NCBI GenBank assembly: GCA_951406725.2
Contig: OX597822.1
Location: 60,636,001 to 60,700,000 of the forward strand
DNA: 64,000 nucleotides
Direction: 5' to 3'
From: Octopus vulgaris
Lineage: Eukaryota
Shown here: piece after piece, positions 12,701-24,610 of the stretch
Layout: the number at the start of each line of letters is the position of its first letter
Numbering within the stretch: the first letter of the stretch is position 1
Notes under the pieces: generated by a model
Seen by the model: the letters and a program-made list of their open reading frames with translations, nothing else
Database searches by the model: none
Told to the model about the DNA's origin: nothing
Position numbers and translations under genes: made by a program

Positions 12701-13955
12701 GTGCTGCTACGCCAGTCATTGGGTATGACTCCATTATGAACTACCTGGTTTACAATGCGGGTGACTAGGCCATAGCCCACATAACCAGCTGTTTTAAGCA
12801 TCTCAGCAGTGATACCTGATGGGCTGGGGGCTTTACCTGGTTTCATACCCTTAATTGCCTTAACTACAAGGGAGCTCTCTATTTGGATAGCTGGTCCCTC
12901 TACTGGGTCAACATTTGGCAGACTCTCCTCCTCCCATTCATTCTCCACATTCAGCAGTCTTTCATAATGGCTTCTCCAAGCCTCTTTCTTTTCACCAACA
13001 TTAAAAGCAAGTGCCCCATCATCCATGCGGACACATTTCTCTCCTGTGACATCACTATTTTCTCTCACACACTGTCTAGCAATCCGAAATACCTCAGTTC
13101 TTTGGTCCTCACGTCGCTGGACATTGGCAAACTTCTTCTTTTCTGCTATATCTTTGGCTATGTATACCTGCCGCCCGGCCTCCCTTTTGGCTACTTGGTA
13201 CGGTTCCCTGCTACCCCCATCCCTCCAGGCTCTCCAGGCCTGTTTCCTTGCACTAATGGCTTTGTCTACTGCACTATTCTACCACGACGTAACTCTAGGT
13301 CTGGAAGGGACTTTGCACCATCCACAGACTTGGTCTGTGGCACTCAGCAAGCTGTCCCGTAGGAATTTCCAGCTACCTTCTATGTCCGACGTCTGTAGCT
13401 CCTCCTCCCTCTCATCAAATTTCTTGATTACAAATCCGTTTTATCCTCAAAAATTGGGATTTCGAATAAGATGATGTGGATGATCGAAGAGGCAGTGGAG
13501 ATAAATGTGGGATGACGTGGGCTTGCAAAATAACTCCGTCACTATTCTGTCTCCAGAAAACTTGACTTTTGTGTCCAAAAATTCAACGTTAGTTTTTGTA
13601 AAACTAGACGTAAATTTTATGTTGGACAAAAAAGTCAAGTTTTCTTGAGGCAGAATAGTGGCAGAGTTATTTTGCAAGCCCACGTCATAAAGTCCAACAT
13701 AAAATTTACGTCTAGTTTTTCAAAAACTAGCGTTGATGATGATGTTATTCCATCAACGTGTGTACACTGGTTGCTCTCGTTCATACTTTACGTTTAAATT
13801 TCTGTAATTTTGAATTTTTATCACTTCTTATTTTGAACTTGACAAAGACAGACGTACTGTTGAAATATCGTTCAACTAATAAAATATCTTACAATCGAAT
13901 CGCGCTCTTCGTCTTGACTGTTTACCTTTGTGAAGAGTTACGTCAATCCTTTTTA
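9742..13955 (-). mobile_element. Penelope-like element (RT C-terminus plus GIY-YIG endonuclease) with inverted pseudo-LTRs, interrupted by an RTE LINE
   Basis: EFLDTKV..FCKPTSSHIYLH..SQFLRIKRICNQ (13425-13630) continues as GDYWKHANAF..PPIVAFRRNKNIRELL (10400-10760), then a Cys linker and YVGCT..LNKRFNGHRFD..LAEHF. The ~180-bp pLTR at 9744-9923 is repeated inverted at ~13738-13919. Confidence 0.9.
10761..13424 (-). mobile_element. RTE-clade LINE, 5'-truncated, with (GAT)n tail
   Basis: ORF 11617-13068: YRGIKLL, QFGFVPGRSTTDAIF, AFVDLEKAFDRVPR, GVHQGSAL, LLYADDLAL; C-terminus at 11214-11630 (HGSETW, RRLRWYGHVLR, RGRGR..W); 3' UTR with internal tandem repeats and a (cat)n tail at 10761-10781. 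Confidence 0.95.
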
Positions 13956-13957
13956 AA

Positions 13958-14009
<52 letters not shown>

Positions 14010-14011
<2 letters not shown>

Positions 14012-14348
14012 AACCTGAAGACTAAAACAATACCTGTTGTCACAGGTGCCCTGGGAAGGATAGCAAACTCAGATACCAGGAAACCCCCAAAATGGCAGAA
14101 ATTCAAAAGATAGTGCTCATGGGAACTGCTCATATCCTACGCAAAATACTTTCTATGTAATCTCAAGTTTTAAAACAAATATAATTTTCGTATGGTTTTT
14201 TAGACTTTCAGTAGTACAACACTAAGTTTAAAACCAAATATATGGCACCCTAGGCATAACACCAACATGAACTTCTAACTTGTCTCTTGAGGTCTCTGGG
14301 TGAGACTTGGAGCCAACTTGTACAAATGTAAAGCAAAAGTCAAACATA

Positions 14349-14350
<2 letters not shown>
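14010..14350 (+). mobile_element. R4/Dong-like 3' end fragment between (TAA)n arrays
   Basis: NLKTKTIPVVTGALG..EIQKIVLMGTAHILRKILSM* plus 3' UTR; (TAA)n on both sides. Confidence 0.8.
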
Positions 14351-14406
<56 letters not shown>

Positions 14407-14409
<3 letters not shown>

Positions 14410-14835
14410 CTACAGCAAATATTCTGCTCAATACCACAGATTTGCTTGTCAGTTGCTCGACCTTAACCAGCTGAGCATATACCTCAGTGGCTGACGATAT
14501 GTGCATCTCTGCTCACAAGCAGAAGTAGTGGGGAAGCATCATAGTCATGTGTCTTTGGGGTTTGGATAATTCACCTTTAGAAACATGGGTGTTTCGTTCC
14601 CTAAACAACATTAATTCAGGGACCTTTTGAGTGGGATGGGCTACTCGACCTGAAGAAAATTCTAACTGGATCCCACTTGCAAAATCATGTGCTGCTTATC
14701 TTGATATGAGATAACCATGTCGCGCACATGTACCTGATGTACCCTAATCAGACAGATAGTCATGATAGGTACACTGGGCTTTGTATATTTTACCCCAGTG
14801 TCACTTTCATGGTATGCACTGCTCTCTCACTCAAT
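14407..14835 (+). mobile_element. Non-coding TAA-docked interspersed repeat ('family X'), 5'-truncated copy
   Basis: Clear similarity to copies at 15833-16291, 43055-43590, 51733-52275 and 54025-54470; shared 3' end ...tgctctctcactcaata. Confidence 0.85.
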
Positions 14836-14844
14836 AGTTGATGA

Positions 14845-15790
14845 TCTTACTAGAGATGGTGTCTCGATAAAAATACTGGTTGGTGGCTAACCTTAAAGCA
14901 CAAACCTCAATGTTGAATGAAAATGTCTAATACAAATGTATCAAATAATGGTGTTAATGAGGCTGGAACCAAAAGTGAAAGCCTTTCGCCCAGCAAGTGC
15001 CCTGTGGTTGAGCAGCGCAGGCCCGATCATCATCCAGAGACTGCTTATACACAAAGTCAGAGGCAGAGAAGAAGGTGGGATAAGGAGGCAAACCGAACAG
15101 GAATTGACTGCTGGATCAGGTATGAATCCAGTAGAAGGGGGTTTCAACAATGTATGACAGTAAAATGGAATGAAATAGGACCCTTCAAAATGGTTAGCCG
15201 ACCAAGCAAGAGCAATAAGAGCAAAAGGGTGGTTAACAGACGTGGAAATTGAAGAGATAAAAAGGAAAGTTGAAAATAGAAATAATACTTCACCAACAGA
15301 TAACGTGATCATCGAGGAAAGAGAAATGAATGGCAGCAGTGAAGGCGTAGAGCAAAGTGCAAATGTAAATTCATTCTCAGTAAATGAAGCAGAAGTAATG
15401 GGAAGAGCTGTATCACAAGAATATGATGATGACCAAGACACAGTGAGGATGCTGTGCCAATATATTAGAGAAGACCAGGATCAAGCACCCTCCCCACATC
15501 AATCTGAGGTACATTGATCGACGCATGCTCAAAGTTGAAACCCAAAAGATAGATTTGGTATTTGGGCTATACTAGATGAGAAATATAACTGCATCTAACA
15601 AGATTATTTGGGTTTCAGCTTTGGTTGCCACAGATAGAGTTAGATACAAAAGAAGAGAACAAACAGAACGTAAAAAACCATACTGACATAGGCGCATTTG
15701 TGAGAAACAGAGTTAAAAAGAAATTTAGGACATGTTGATCGACTGAGTAGAGGGGAATTGCAAAACGAAAGCATAAGAAAAATGCTAGAA
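14845..15790 (+). mobile_element. R4/Dong-like 5' fragment (5' UTR and N-terminal Myb-like region)
   Basis: RRRWDKEANRTGIDCWIR..RRGFQQ, ..WLTDVEIEEIKRKV resemble the N-termini of the elements at 39130 and 46590. Confidence 0.7.
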
Positions 15791-15832
15791 AGTTCCGTCC
15801 TCCACTTTGCCATACTTTTTCCAAGCAATCGC

Positions 15833-16288
15833 TCAACATGCATCACAACCATCTGTGCACAACATAGTGATCTTATATCAACATGAACAGCACATAACCT
15901 TGCAGGTGAGGCCCAGTTAGAATTTCCTTCAGGTTGAGTAGCCCATCCTGCTCAAAAGGTCACTGAATAAAGATTGTTTAAAGATGAGGAGCAAAACACC
16001 AATGTTTCCAGAGATGAATTATTCAAACCCCAAAGAATTCCTCTCAACACATGGCTATGATGCTCCCCCACTACTTCTGCTCGTGATCAGAGATGCACAT
16101 ATCGTCAGCCACTAAGGGACATGCTCAACTGGTTAAGGTCAAACAACTGACAAGCAAATCTGTGGTATTGAGCAGAATATTTGCTGTAGCCCATCTTTTT
16201 TACCAAGACAAAACAATGTACATAATAATACTTTCAATCAGTTAAGATCAGAAGCCATGAGAGCCACTGCTTGGTACTGCATCAGGGC

Positions 16289-16291
<3 letters not shown>
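15833..16291 (-). mobile_element. Family X copy with the longest 5' end, inverted
   Basis: Reverse complement of the other family X copies; abuts (TTA)n at 16291-16325, i.e. (TAA)n on its own strand. Confidence 0.85.
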
Positions 16292-16325
<34 letters not shown>

Positions 16326-16397
16326 TACTGTAGCAAAGAATAAAATGCCATCACATATTTCCATTTATATTGTTATGGTAATTTATTTAGATTTTTG

Positions 16398-16579
16398 CTA
16401 GTGTCTTGCAGATTTGCCTAATCTATGTCTTCCTCGTTTGAGGTAACCAGCTTCATCCAGTTTAGCATGCACCATTTTTTCAGAATCTTTCAACTTTCCT
16501 TGAACTGACAATTGTATTTCCTTGATCTTTCCTTGTAAGAATTCTGTGATCAGGTTTCTCAGGTATGCCCTGGCTTTTT
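16398..16579 (-). CDS. CFAP119: CFAP119 last coding exon (C-terminal coiled coil)
   Basis: ttctag acceptor; EKARAYLRNLITEFLQGKIKEIQLSVQGKLKDSEKMVHAKLDEAGYLKRGRHRLGKSARH*; phase matches the previous exon; AATAAA on the minus strand at 16382-16387. Confidence 0.85.
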
Positions 16580-16599
16580 CTAGAATGTGTATAGGAGAG

Positions 16600-16682
16600 A
16601 CGGAGAGATGAAATGAGAAAGAAAGAAAGAAAGAAAGAAAGAAAGGATGGAGGGCGGGAAGGATGGAGGGACAGATGGAGGT

Positions 16683-16716
<34 letters not shown>

Positions 16717-16860
16717 GGATGGAGGGACGGACGGACGGACGGAGGGAAGGATGGAGGGATGGATGGAGGGAAATATGAAGGGAGGAATGGATGGAGAAAG
16801 AAAGAAAGAAAGAAAGAAAAAAGAAAGAAATTAAAAGATGAAATGATAAGAAAAGAAATA
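16600..16860. repeat. (GAAA)n/(GGAN)n compound microsatellite
   Basis: Visible tandem tetranucleotides; forms a long pyrimidine tract upstream of the last CFAP119 exon. Confidence 0.9.
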
Positions 16861-17617
16861 ATTGTTTAGTTATCATTAAGAGGCAGGTAATGTGATGATC
16901 TCAAACACTGACCACACAAATTTTTTTCCAGAAATCAACATTTAAACAGAACATCGACTGTATCAATCTCTGCAGTCTTTGAAGTTTGCAAAGATCAAGG
17001 GAAGTGCCTCTTCATTTTGACTAAGATATAAAATGCAGGGTGAGTACAAGTAGTAGCCACAAAAGTAGCACCCAGTTTCTGGGAAAATCATGCCTTTCTT
17101 TGTGTTGTCTTGCTGACAGTTTTGAATGTTACTAAATCTGGACCAAGTATCATGTTGTTAATACACTTTGATATCCCAAACCATAAAACAAGAATTATGA
17201 ATCAAAAGTACCTCCCAACTGGGAAGTCATACATATCAACTCTAAAACAGGAATTGGGCACTACTTTCGACTCACCCAGTATGTTTAAATATCCCAGTCA
17301 ATAAATAAGGATAAGTAGTCAGACAATCTTAACAACCAATGGGATATCAATAAGGAGCCAAATGAGCTCAGTATTCTGACTAAGATGCATGATCAAATGT
17401 TTTCAATAAGCTACCTGGGAAACATATTCACATTACATAACTCTATTTGCAATTCTTTTTTTACTCTATTGTATAATGTATGTACAACATAGCATAATAC
17501 AAGGTAAGTGCACTCAACAGAAGAAAAACCCAGCAGCACCAGCAGAGAGCTCCTTGAAATGCAGTCACTGTATGCATGACTGCCACTCCATTTGTGGGCT
17601 TGTACAGCCACAGCAGA

Positions 17618-17812
17618 TGAAATGCCAGCGAAATGTCGGTGCCAGTTAATCACTAAAAGAATTCTGTCATCTAATATATTGTTTGCTAAAATTATGCATG
17701 TAGGTTTGACTATCTTTGCTAATCTTAGCTATTTCATTTGCTATTTTCTTTAATCTTGATTCACTGTAACCGGGTATGACATAATTACATACAAAAGCAT
17801 TTGCATGTTTCC
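17618..17812 (-). mobile_element. Second fragment of the same PLE family
   Basis: Highly similar to 10554-10750 (gaaatgccagcgaaatgtcggtgccagttaatcac...caaaagcatttgcatgtttcca). Confidence 0.85.
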
Positions 17813-18617
17813 ATGCTTTATTCAGGCACAGATCCATGGCCTCTCAAGACTGATTGATGCCAACTACAGCTAACAAGCTGACCTGTCAACTTTTTTTATA
17901 TTCCAGATTGAAGGAGCTGGATTTAAGAGTATTTTGAACAGACCCCACTAAACACTGTTTGTCATAGTGGACTAGTTTGCAGAATGCAAACAAATCAGGA
18001 TGTGAAGACAATTTAGAAGCTTGCTATGCAATAAAGTTTTGTTAAACTGAGCAAAACCACTACAAAAACTTATGAAATGCTTCACACTGCTTATAAATTA
18101 ACTTCTTTGAGCTGAGCATCTATTTATTGCTGGCACAAGAATTTCAAGAATGGTGGAGAAGAGGTGAGAGATGATGAGAAATGACAAGTGATGTAGAAGG
18201 GAGAGGGATGTCGGAACATCAGAGAAATTTTATAATACAAAATTGTGTTATGTAACTTAACAGGAGACAAGATATAATGAGCAACTACATATAGGTTATT
18301 GCAATATTGTGTTATATAATGTAATAGAATGTACATGACCACAATATTACGAAGTAGTCCAACTACCACGTTTTTGACTGCATAGATAGAAACTTCAGTG
18401 GCTAGTCCCTCTGTTGAGTCTGTATGAAGAAGGCCCTCACTCTCATAAATTTCCTTCTTAATTTCCTTGTACTAGCAGTTCCATGACTCTTTGTTTTGAT
18501 ACCAATCAAAAAATCAAAATCTAGTGTATATAATAAATATTGTAGATATATAGTCTAACTATTAAGTTAAAAGTATGGAAAATTATCTCTATCTATTTAA
18601 AGTGTTAGCTAACAAAC

Positions 18618-18722
18618 CTTTTTCAGAAATCCTTAACAATTCCATTTGTTTTTCAGGACTTAAAATTTCTTCTTTGGAACCTTCAGCTTCAGATTTATCT
18701 TCCTCTAATGAAACATCCGGGT
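18618..18722 (-). CDS. CFAP119: CFAP119 exon (acidic linker)
   Basis: AG/GT bounded, 105 nt, phase 1-1; DPDVSLEEDKSEAEGSKEEILSPEKQMELLRISEK. Confidence 0.75.
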
Positions 18723-19373
18723 CTTAAATTTGAAATTTAAAAAAGGAAAAAGAGAAGGTGTCTTGAAGAATTTTCCAAAACAATGTTTCAGAAAGATAGC
18801 CATTTTACATCTGATTCACAACTATTTACTATAAATAAACACCTTACAAACAAAATATTATTTAAACTACCCTCGATTTAGTTTTACTTATTTATGAGTG
18901 TCTTTTTGTTGTTATTTCTTTTTTTTTTATGTAGTACCATCATTACATTCTAGAAGAGATAACTTATAACAATAGAATTATTGGTTTACATAGGCATACA
19001 GAAGTAAAATGTAGAAATTGTGAACAATCCTAGTCAACAGATGGAATAATTTAACTCAGTCACCAGAATGTAACATTATTAAATCACAAAATCATAAAGT
19101 CAAATATTATTAGTTAAGTTCACATATACAAGTTTGGCTGTATAAATCCTCAGTCACTTAGTTACAAGCTTGATTTCAGTGCACAGCATCTTAGTCAAGT
19201 GTCTTCTAGCATAGCGTCATGTTCACCCAGTATTTTTGACAGAATCTAACAAAAACTGTGAGAAAACCTGGCAGACAGTACCTGATCTTATTCTGAATGC
19301 TTAATCCATCATCCAGTTTAAAATCACAGTTTAACCCTTGCATATTTTAAAAGAGTTCATACTGGTGAAATTA

Positions 19374-19940
19374 TTGGGTTGTCCAGAAAGTTCATGCCGA
19401 TTTTTAAAGGAAAGAAAAAGATCAATAAATACTTGCCATTACATTTTTAATCAACCAAATATGAACCATCTTGTTGCACAATGTGTCTCCATCTTTCCTT
19501 TAACTTGAAAATAAACCTCTTCCCAGAATTGAGGTGATTTCATGGCAAAGAATTCATCACAGTATCTTTTTACGTCATCCTAGGAACTGAAATTTTTACT
19601 ATTAAGACTATTCTGCAGAGGCCTGAATAAGTGGAAATCCGAAGGAGCAATATCTGGTAAATATGGAGTGTGGGGTAACACATCCCAGCCGAGCTGCAGC
19701 AGTTTTTGTCTGGTTCCCAAAGCATCAAGAGCCGAAAATGAACTTTCTTATCTTCCATTTTAAAAGGTTACAGAATTAACACAGGTTATAGGAACATAAA
19801 CCTTCTTCCATGAAAAGATAGCTTAAACTGTACCCTAAATGGAGGTGTAGTCAAATCCTATTTTATGGACTCAACCATGTTCTAAAATAAGTCAAAATGC
19901 AAGCTACTATAAATCAGCACGAACTTTCCGGACAACCCAA
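19374..19940 (-). mobile_element. Mariner internal-deletion derivative
   Basis: TIRs TTGGGTTGTCC(A/G)GAAAGTTC..., TA TSD, remnant of the HPPYSPDIAPSD region; near copy of 34041-34603. Confidence 0.92.
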
Positions 19941-20279
19941 TATTTAAAGTATGTCTTAATATATTGTTGCAATTCTTCCAACTGTTTCTACCTATAAGCC
20001 AGGATTTAGCAGAGTTCACGCAGAGTAAACATACAAGTCACAGTATTTATTATATATACACAGACAGATAGATAGATGGACAGACAGACACATGTGTGTG
20101 TGTGTGTGTGTGTGTAGAGTTGGATCTGTCTGGAGAAAGGAGCATTACCCATAATCTCAACAGTCTCTCTGAGAATGATGAGTTAGATATGGTTAAGGTT
20201 CTATTTAAACTTTAGCAGGTCAACTCCTATGGGAATGACACAAGCAAGGAGAAGATTCCAGAGAGTCAATATTCTTGGG

Positions 20280-22010
20280 AGAAAGGGCTGGACATAATGA
20301 TTAGTGTAGAACTGAAGTGGTTGGGCACACCAAGCGTGAGTGGTGATGGAAAAAAAAAGAATGAGTCAGAGGTGGAGCTGAGTGGTGGTGGTATACAAAA
20401 TCAGGTAGCTCCAAGAAACAACATAGGCCATTGCAGTAGAGACAGAAAGCACGAAGAGAAAAGACAGTATATCTACCAGAGGCTGGTGCATGCCCATAAG
20501 TGATTGATTGCCAACTAGTCAAAGTAGCACTTCACTGGTTACTGTCTGGTGCGCATAGTAGCAGCAAACATCATCCTGGACATAGGAGTAGCCCTCCATT
20601 GTGGACTTCACCAGCTATTGGGAGTTGAAATATTTTCTAGCCTTAAAGAGAAATGTGAGACTGTCCAAGCTATGCTAATGTATTTCCCCAGGAAAGATCC
20701 TCTGTGATAGTGAGACCCAGTATTTGCAGCAACTGTGAGGCCTGAAGCTGAATATCATTCAAATTTAGTGGGTGGGGAAAGAGCAGTGGTATTTTCAGGA
20801 TATGAGTAGTGCTTGAGTTTTTTGCTGTTAAAAGAAACAAGGTTGGCATCACCTCCCTGAAGGATTCTCTTACAGTGACTATTTACAGAATCAATACAGA
20901 TTTGGTGTGTGATATCTAGGCTGTGTGGATGATACATGGCTGCAGAAAATGAAGGAAGAATGAAGTGATGTCACCTACATAAAAGTGGCTATTGGTGGAT
21001 GCAACAGCAAAAGGGTCATTGAAGTATAGAAAGAAGAGAGTTGGGAACAAAACAGAACTCTGAGCAACATCAGAGTTGATTGAGAGAAAGAAAGAAAGAG
21101 CTCTATCAAAACATGCTGTAATGGTGCAATCTAATAGGAAGTTGTTGATTCAAGATATGAGAGATGGGTGGAACCCGTAAGTAGGATGTTCTGATATGAA
21201 ATTTTCATACCAGTTTCATGTCAGACATGTCTGAAGGCATTACTGATGTCTAGGACGACAACATTGCTTTTTCTAAACTTCTCCTCTAAACCGAGAAATC
21301 ACTGATATGTGACATAAGAAAGTGGGTCACCACTAAGTCTGGGTCTGTGGAAGCTAAGCTGGTGGCCACTTAGGATGGAAAGATATTCAAGGTGTTGGAG
21401 AACATCAAAATTAATGGCAATCTCTGTTGCCTAAGTCGGCTGGATCGAAGGGGTTGCCTTTCTTTAAAATGGGACACGCTGAGTTGTGCTTCAAATGTCA
21501 GAGTATATCTACTTCTTTACTACCCACAAGGGACTAAACACAGAGGAGACAAACAAGGTTAGACAAACGGATTAAGTTGATTATATCGACCCCAGTGCGT
21601 AACTGGTACTTAATTTATCGACCCCAAAAGGATGAAAGGCAAAGTTGACCTCGGTGGAATTTAAACTCAGAACGTAACGGCAGACAAAATACCGCAAAGC
21701 ATTTTGCCTGGTATACTAATGTTTCTGCCAGCTCGCCACCTTCACAAATGTCAGAGTATATCTTCATACAGAGTGAGAGATTGTATTGTAGAGTTTGGGG
21801 AGTATAAGAGATAAGTTTTGGGGTGCCACATTTAAGTGTAATGAAAGATAAGTTGTCCGGGTAAGTGACCTCGTTTGCTTCAAGCATCTGGAGAAGAATG
21901 GCTAAGGCATGTAGTGTGGAGTTAGATGCAAAGCAAGCACAAAAATGGAGGCTTTCTCCATAGTAGTACTGATTGTAAAGACATCATTGTTTAGAAGAGG
22001 AAGAAAAGAG
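20280..22010 (-). mobile_element. Old degenerate APE-type LINE (Jockey/CR1 group) RT remnant
   Basis: Minus-strand VVLDISNAF (RT3) and AQSSVLFPTLFFLYFND (RT4, GVPQGSVL-like), ILGLTITEDLSW; many stops. Confidence 0.65.
21511..21744 (-). mobile_element. SINE with 19-bp TSD
   Basis: TSD CAAATGTCAGAGTATATCT at 21492-21510 and 21745-21763; head ggcgagctggcagaa, core gcctttcatccttttggggtcgataaa; related copies at 34832-35030 and 43614-43782. Confidence 0.88.
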
Positions 22011-22583
22011 AACACCACAAAGTTGGAGAAGAATCTTTTAGCAAGGACCAAAATTACTGACTGCAGTTTGAAAGGTGAGAATACTTGTTATACAAAATAA
22101 TATCTTTTGCTCACTAGTTAACTAAATTTACAAAAGTTGCATTACTGAGTTAAGGCATATTAGTATAGCAACCCATGAGTTATTATTTCTTCTTACACTT
22201 CCTACCAGTCTTAGAGGCTCTACAGCCAGTCATTTGTGCCATCCTTCCACTGATTAAGCCATAAAAGAGGAACCAACACATTGACCATTCTTAAATACAC
22301 AACTCTGATATATTTCATGAAGGCTTATCATTTCATAGAGGAAACCAATGATAGGTTACATCAACAAAAACTAAATAAATAGTATTTATAAAATTATATA
22401 AACCACTATATCATGAGCTGAGGTGAGTTCTGAGGCTTCAGTCTGAGAAAAATTATCTATGCATATCAACATTTCATAGTTAACTACAAAGCATTATAAA
22501 GGTATAATTTCTATTGTTGTATAAATTTGTAGAATCATGCATCACATATGACTACGGAGAAAACATAAGCAATTGCCATTTAC

Positions 22584-22641
22584 CTTGGGTTGCAGCAGAG
22601 GTAGTCTCCCCAACGTAGCTCAAAACTAAATCCAGCAATAC
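22584..22641 (-). CDS. CFAP119: CFAP119 exon
   Basis: tag|GTA..CAAG|gtaaat; VLLDLVLSYVGETTSAATQ, matching the recalled VRLDLSLTYMG motif after FTPQ in vertebrate CFAP119. Confidence 0.88.
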
Positions 22642-22713
22642 CTAATATTGGTAAAGTGATCAACAAAATATTCATAAATTAACATCTGTGCTGTGGAAAC
22701 AAATACATAAATC

Positions 22714-22756
<43 letters not shown>

Positions 22757-22760
<4 letters not shown>

Positions 22761-22966
22761 GATATTTATTTGTATATTACGTGTTTTTATACATCATATA
22801 TCATATATCATATATTAGCACTTTCGTCCATTCTAGCGGAGTTGTCAAATTGAACTAAGTTCTTGCAGTTCAATTTGACAACTCCGCTAGAATGGACGAA
22901 AGTGCTAATATATGATATATGATATATGATGTATAAAAACATTTAATATACAAATAAATATCTGTA
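22757..22966. repeat. Long near-perfect inverted repeat (~100-bp arms, 10-nt loop)
   Basis: ..ttagcactttcgtccattctagcggagttgtcaaattgaact-aagttcttgc-agttcaatttgacaactccgctagaatggacgaaagtgctaa.. Confidence 0.95.
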
Positions 22967-23043
22967 AATATAAAACCATCCGAATTTCTGAGTATCTCAT
23001 TTCTTCTAATATATAATACCTGTACATTATCTCCAAACCTTCT

Positions 23044-23088
<45 letters not shown>

Positions 23089-23092
23089 TCAC

Positions 23093-23940
23093 ACAGGGTG
23101 TACAGGATAAATTTGACAGTTTGCATAGAAGGAAAGGAAAATACAATATCCCATCCAAATATAAAGGTGTTTTTAAAAAAATCAAAAGATATCAGATAGA
23201 TTATGGCAGGGAGATAACTGTTTACTCAAAATAGCTACCCTCAACTTCCATCACAGCCTCAAGACAGCTCTGGAACCTTGCACATGCATTTCTCATAGTG
23301 CCTCTGAGAAGGTCTTCGAAACATGTCATTGATCTGAGCCTTGCTGTTGCAGTCACAGTAGTTGATATCTTTCTCAACTGTGCCCCAAACATAGTAATCA
23401 AGGGAATCATAATCCATATGATGGATTATATGAAGGAATTAGGAGGCCAGAAATTAGGGCTGAAGAAGTTATAGAAGTTCTCTGACAACCGCTTCTGACC
23501 CTTTCCAGAGCTACAGTAAAGTGGTGAATCCTGCTTCCATAGGCATGCCTTCCAGCAGCAACCCCCTCCAACCAGGATCTGACCACAGTCTCTAGCAGCT
23601 TCACATAGCCATCTGAATTGAGCCTAAGGCACTGTTCATCAGTTATTAGATGAGTTTCAACATACAGACAAAGTAAGAACACCAGCTGTGTCCCTTCTTG
23701 CAGACAATAGCTTTGTAGTCTCTGTTGCAGTTGTCCATGTCACATCTTACAACCTTTACAGTGTTCACAGAACATTGAGCAACAGTCATGATATCCAGCG
23801 CAGATTATCATGATACATTTTTCAATATTCAGATGGATTCCAGGCCTCCATGTCAGGTAACTTTTTCTCAACTACAATTTTAACCTTTATGCTCTCCAAC
23901 ACCATTGACTAGTTACCAATATATCAAGCTGTTCCTGAAA
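23093..23940 (-). mobile_element. Degenerate Tc1/mariner-superfamily transposon remnant
   Basis: CAGGGTG terminus at ~23094; minus-strand NFWPPNS..PLDYYVWGTVEK..ACARFQSCLEAVMEVEGSYFE, a transposase C-terminus; distal end uncertain. Confidence 0.7.
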
Positions 23941-24057
23941 CAAAGAGACATAAGTCATCAAATTTAGCTCAAATACTCTGTGTGCGTGTGTATGTGTGTG
24001 CGTGTGTGTGTGTGCATGCGTGTGTGTGTGTGTGTGTGTGTATGTGTGTGTGTGCTG

Positions 24058-24212
24058 CCATCATCATCATCATTTAATGTCCATTTTCCATTCTGACAGG
24101 GTTTGATGGTTTGACAAGGGTTGGCTGGGCAGAAGACCGCATTAGGTTTCATTGTCTGTTTTGGCAGGGTTTTTATGGTTGGATGCCCTTTCTAACATCA
24201 ACCTTGCAGAGT
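24058..24212 (-). mobile_element. RTE 3'-tail fragment
   Basis: (cat)n-tttaatgtcc..ggatgcccttt matches the RTE 3' UTR at 10761-10920. Confidence 0.7.
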
Positions 24213-24610
24213 AAGCCACCTTACAGACTCTTCAACATAATTCAAAACTATATCTACAGGAATCATACATGCATATATTTGTGTATACACAACAATATAT
24301 AAGTATAAGGCAAAGAATATATATAAAAAGCACCATTATATATATTCTTTGCCATATGCCATATGGCAAAGAACAACTAATAATACAAGCACAACAACAA
24401 AACAGGATAAGTTCACAATTAGTAATATTAGTTTGATGCTTATAGAAGAATTAACTGAAAAAACATTTCAGACATTTTCCTTCTTCAGATAGTGGTGAGA
24501 GAGAGAAGCTAAGATGTGGAGAAACTGTGTATGTATGCATTTGTATATATATATATATATGTGCATGTGTGTATGTATATGCATATATGTGTGAGTATAT
24601 ATATGTGTGA

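Noticed and set aside
16270-16291. CTGATG at the family X 5' end as a hammerhead core
   Set aside because: It reads CTGATGC rather than CTGANGA, and no convincing stem II-GAAA follows.
16580-16876. Phe/Ser- and Lys/Glu-rich ORFs
   Set aside because: Tetranucleotide microsatellite translation.
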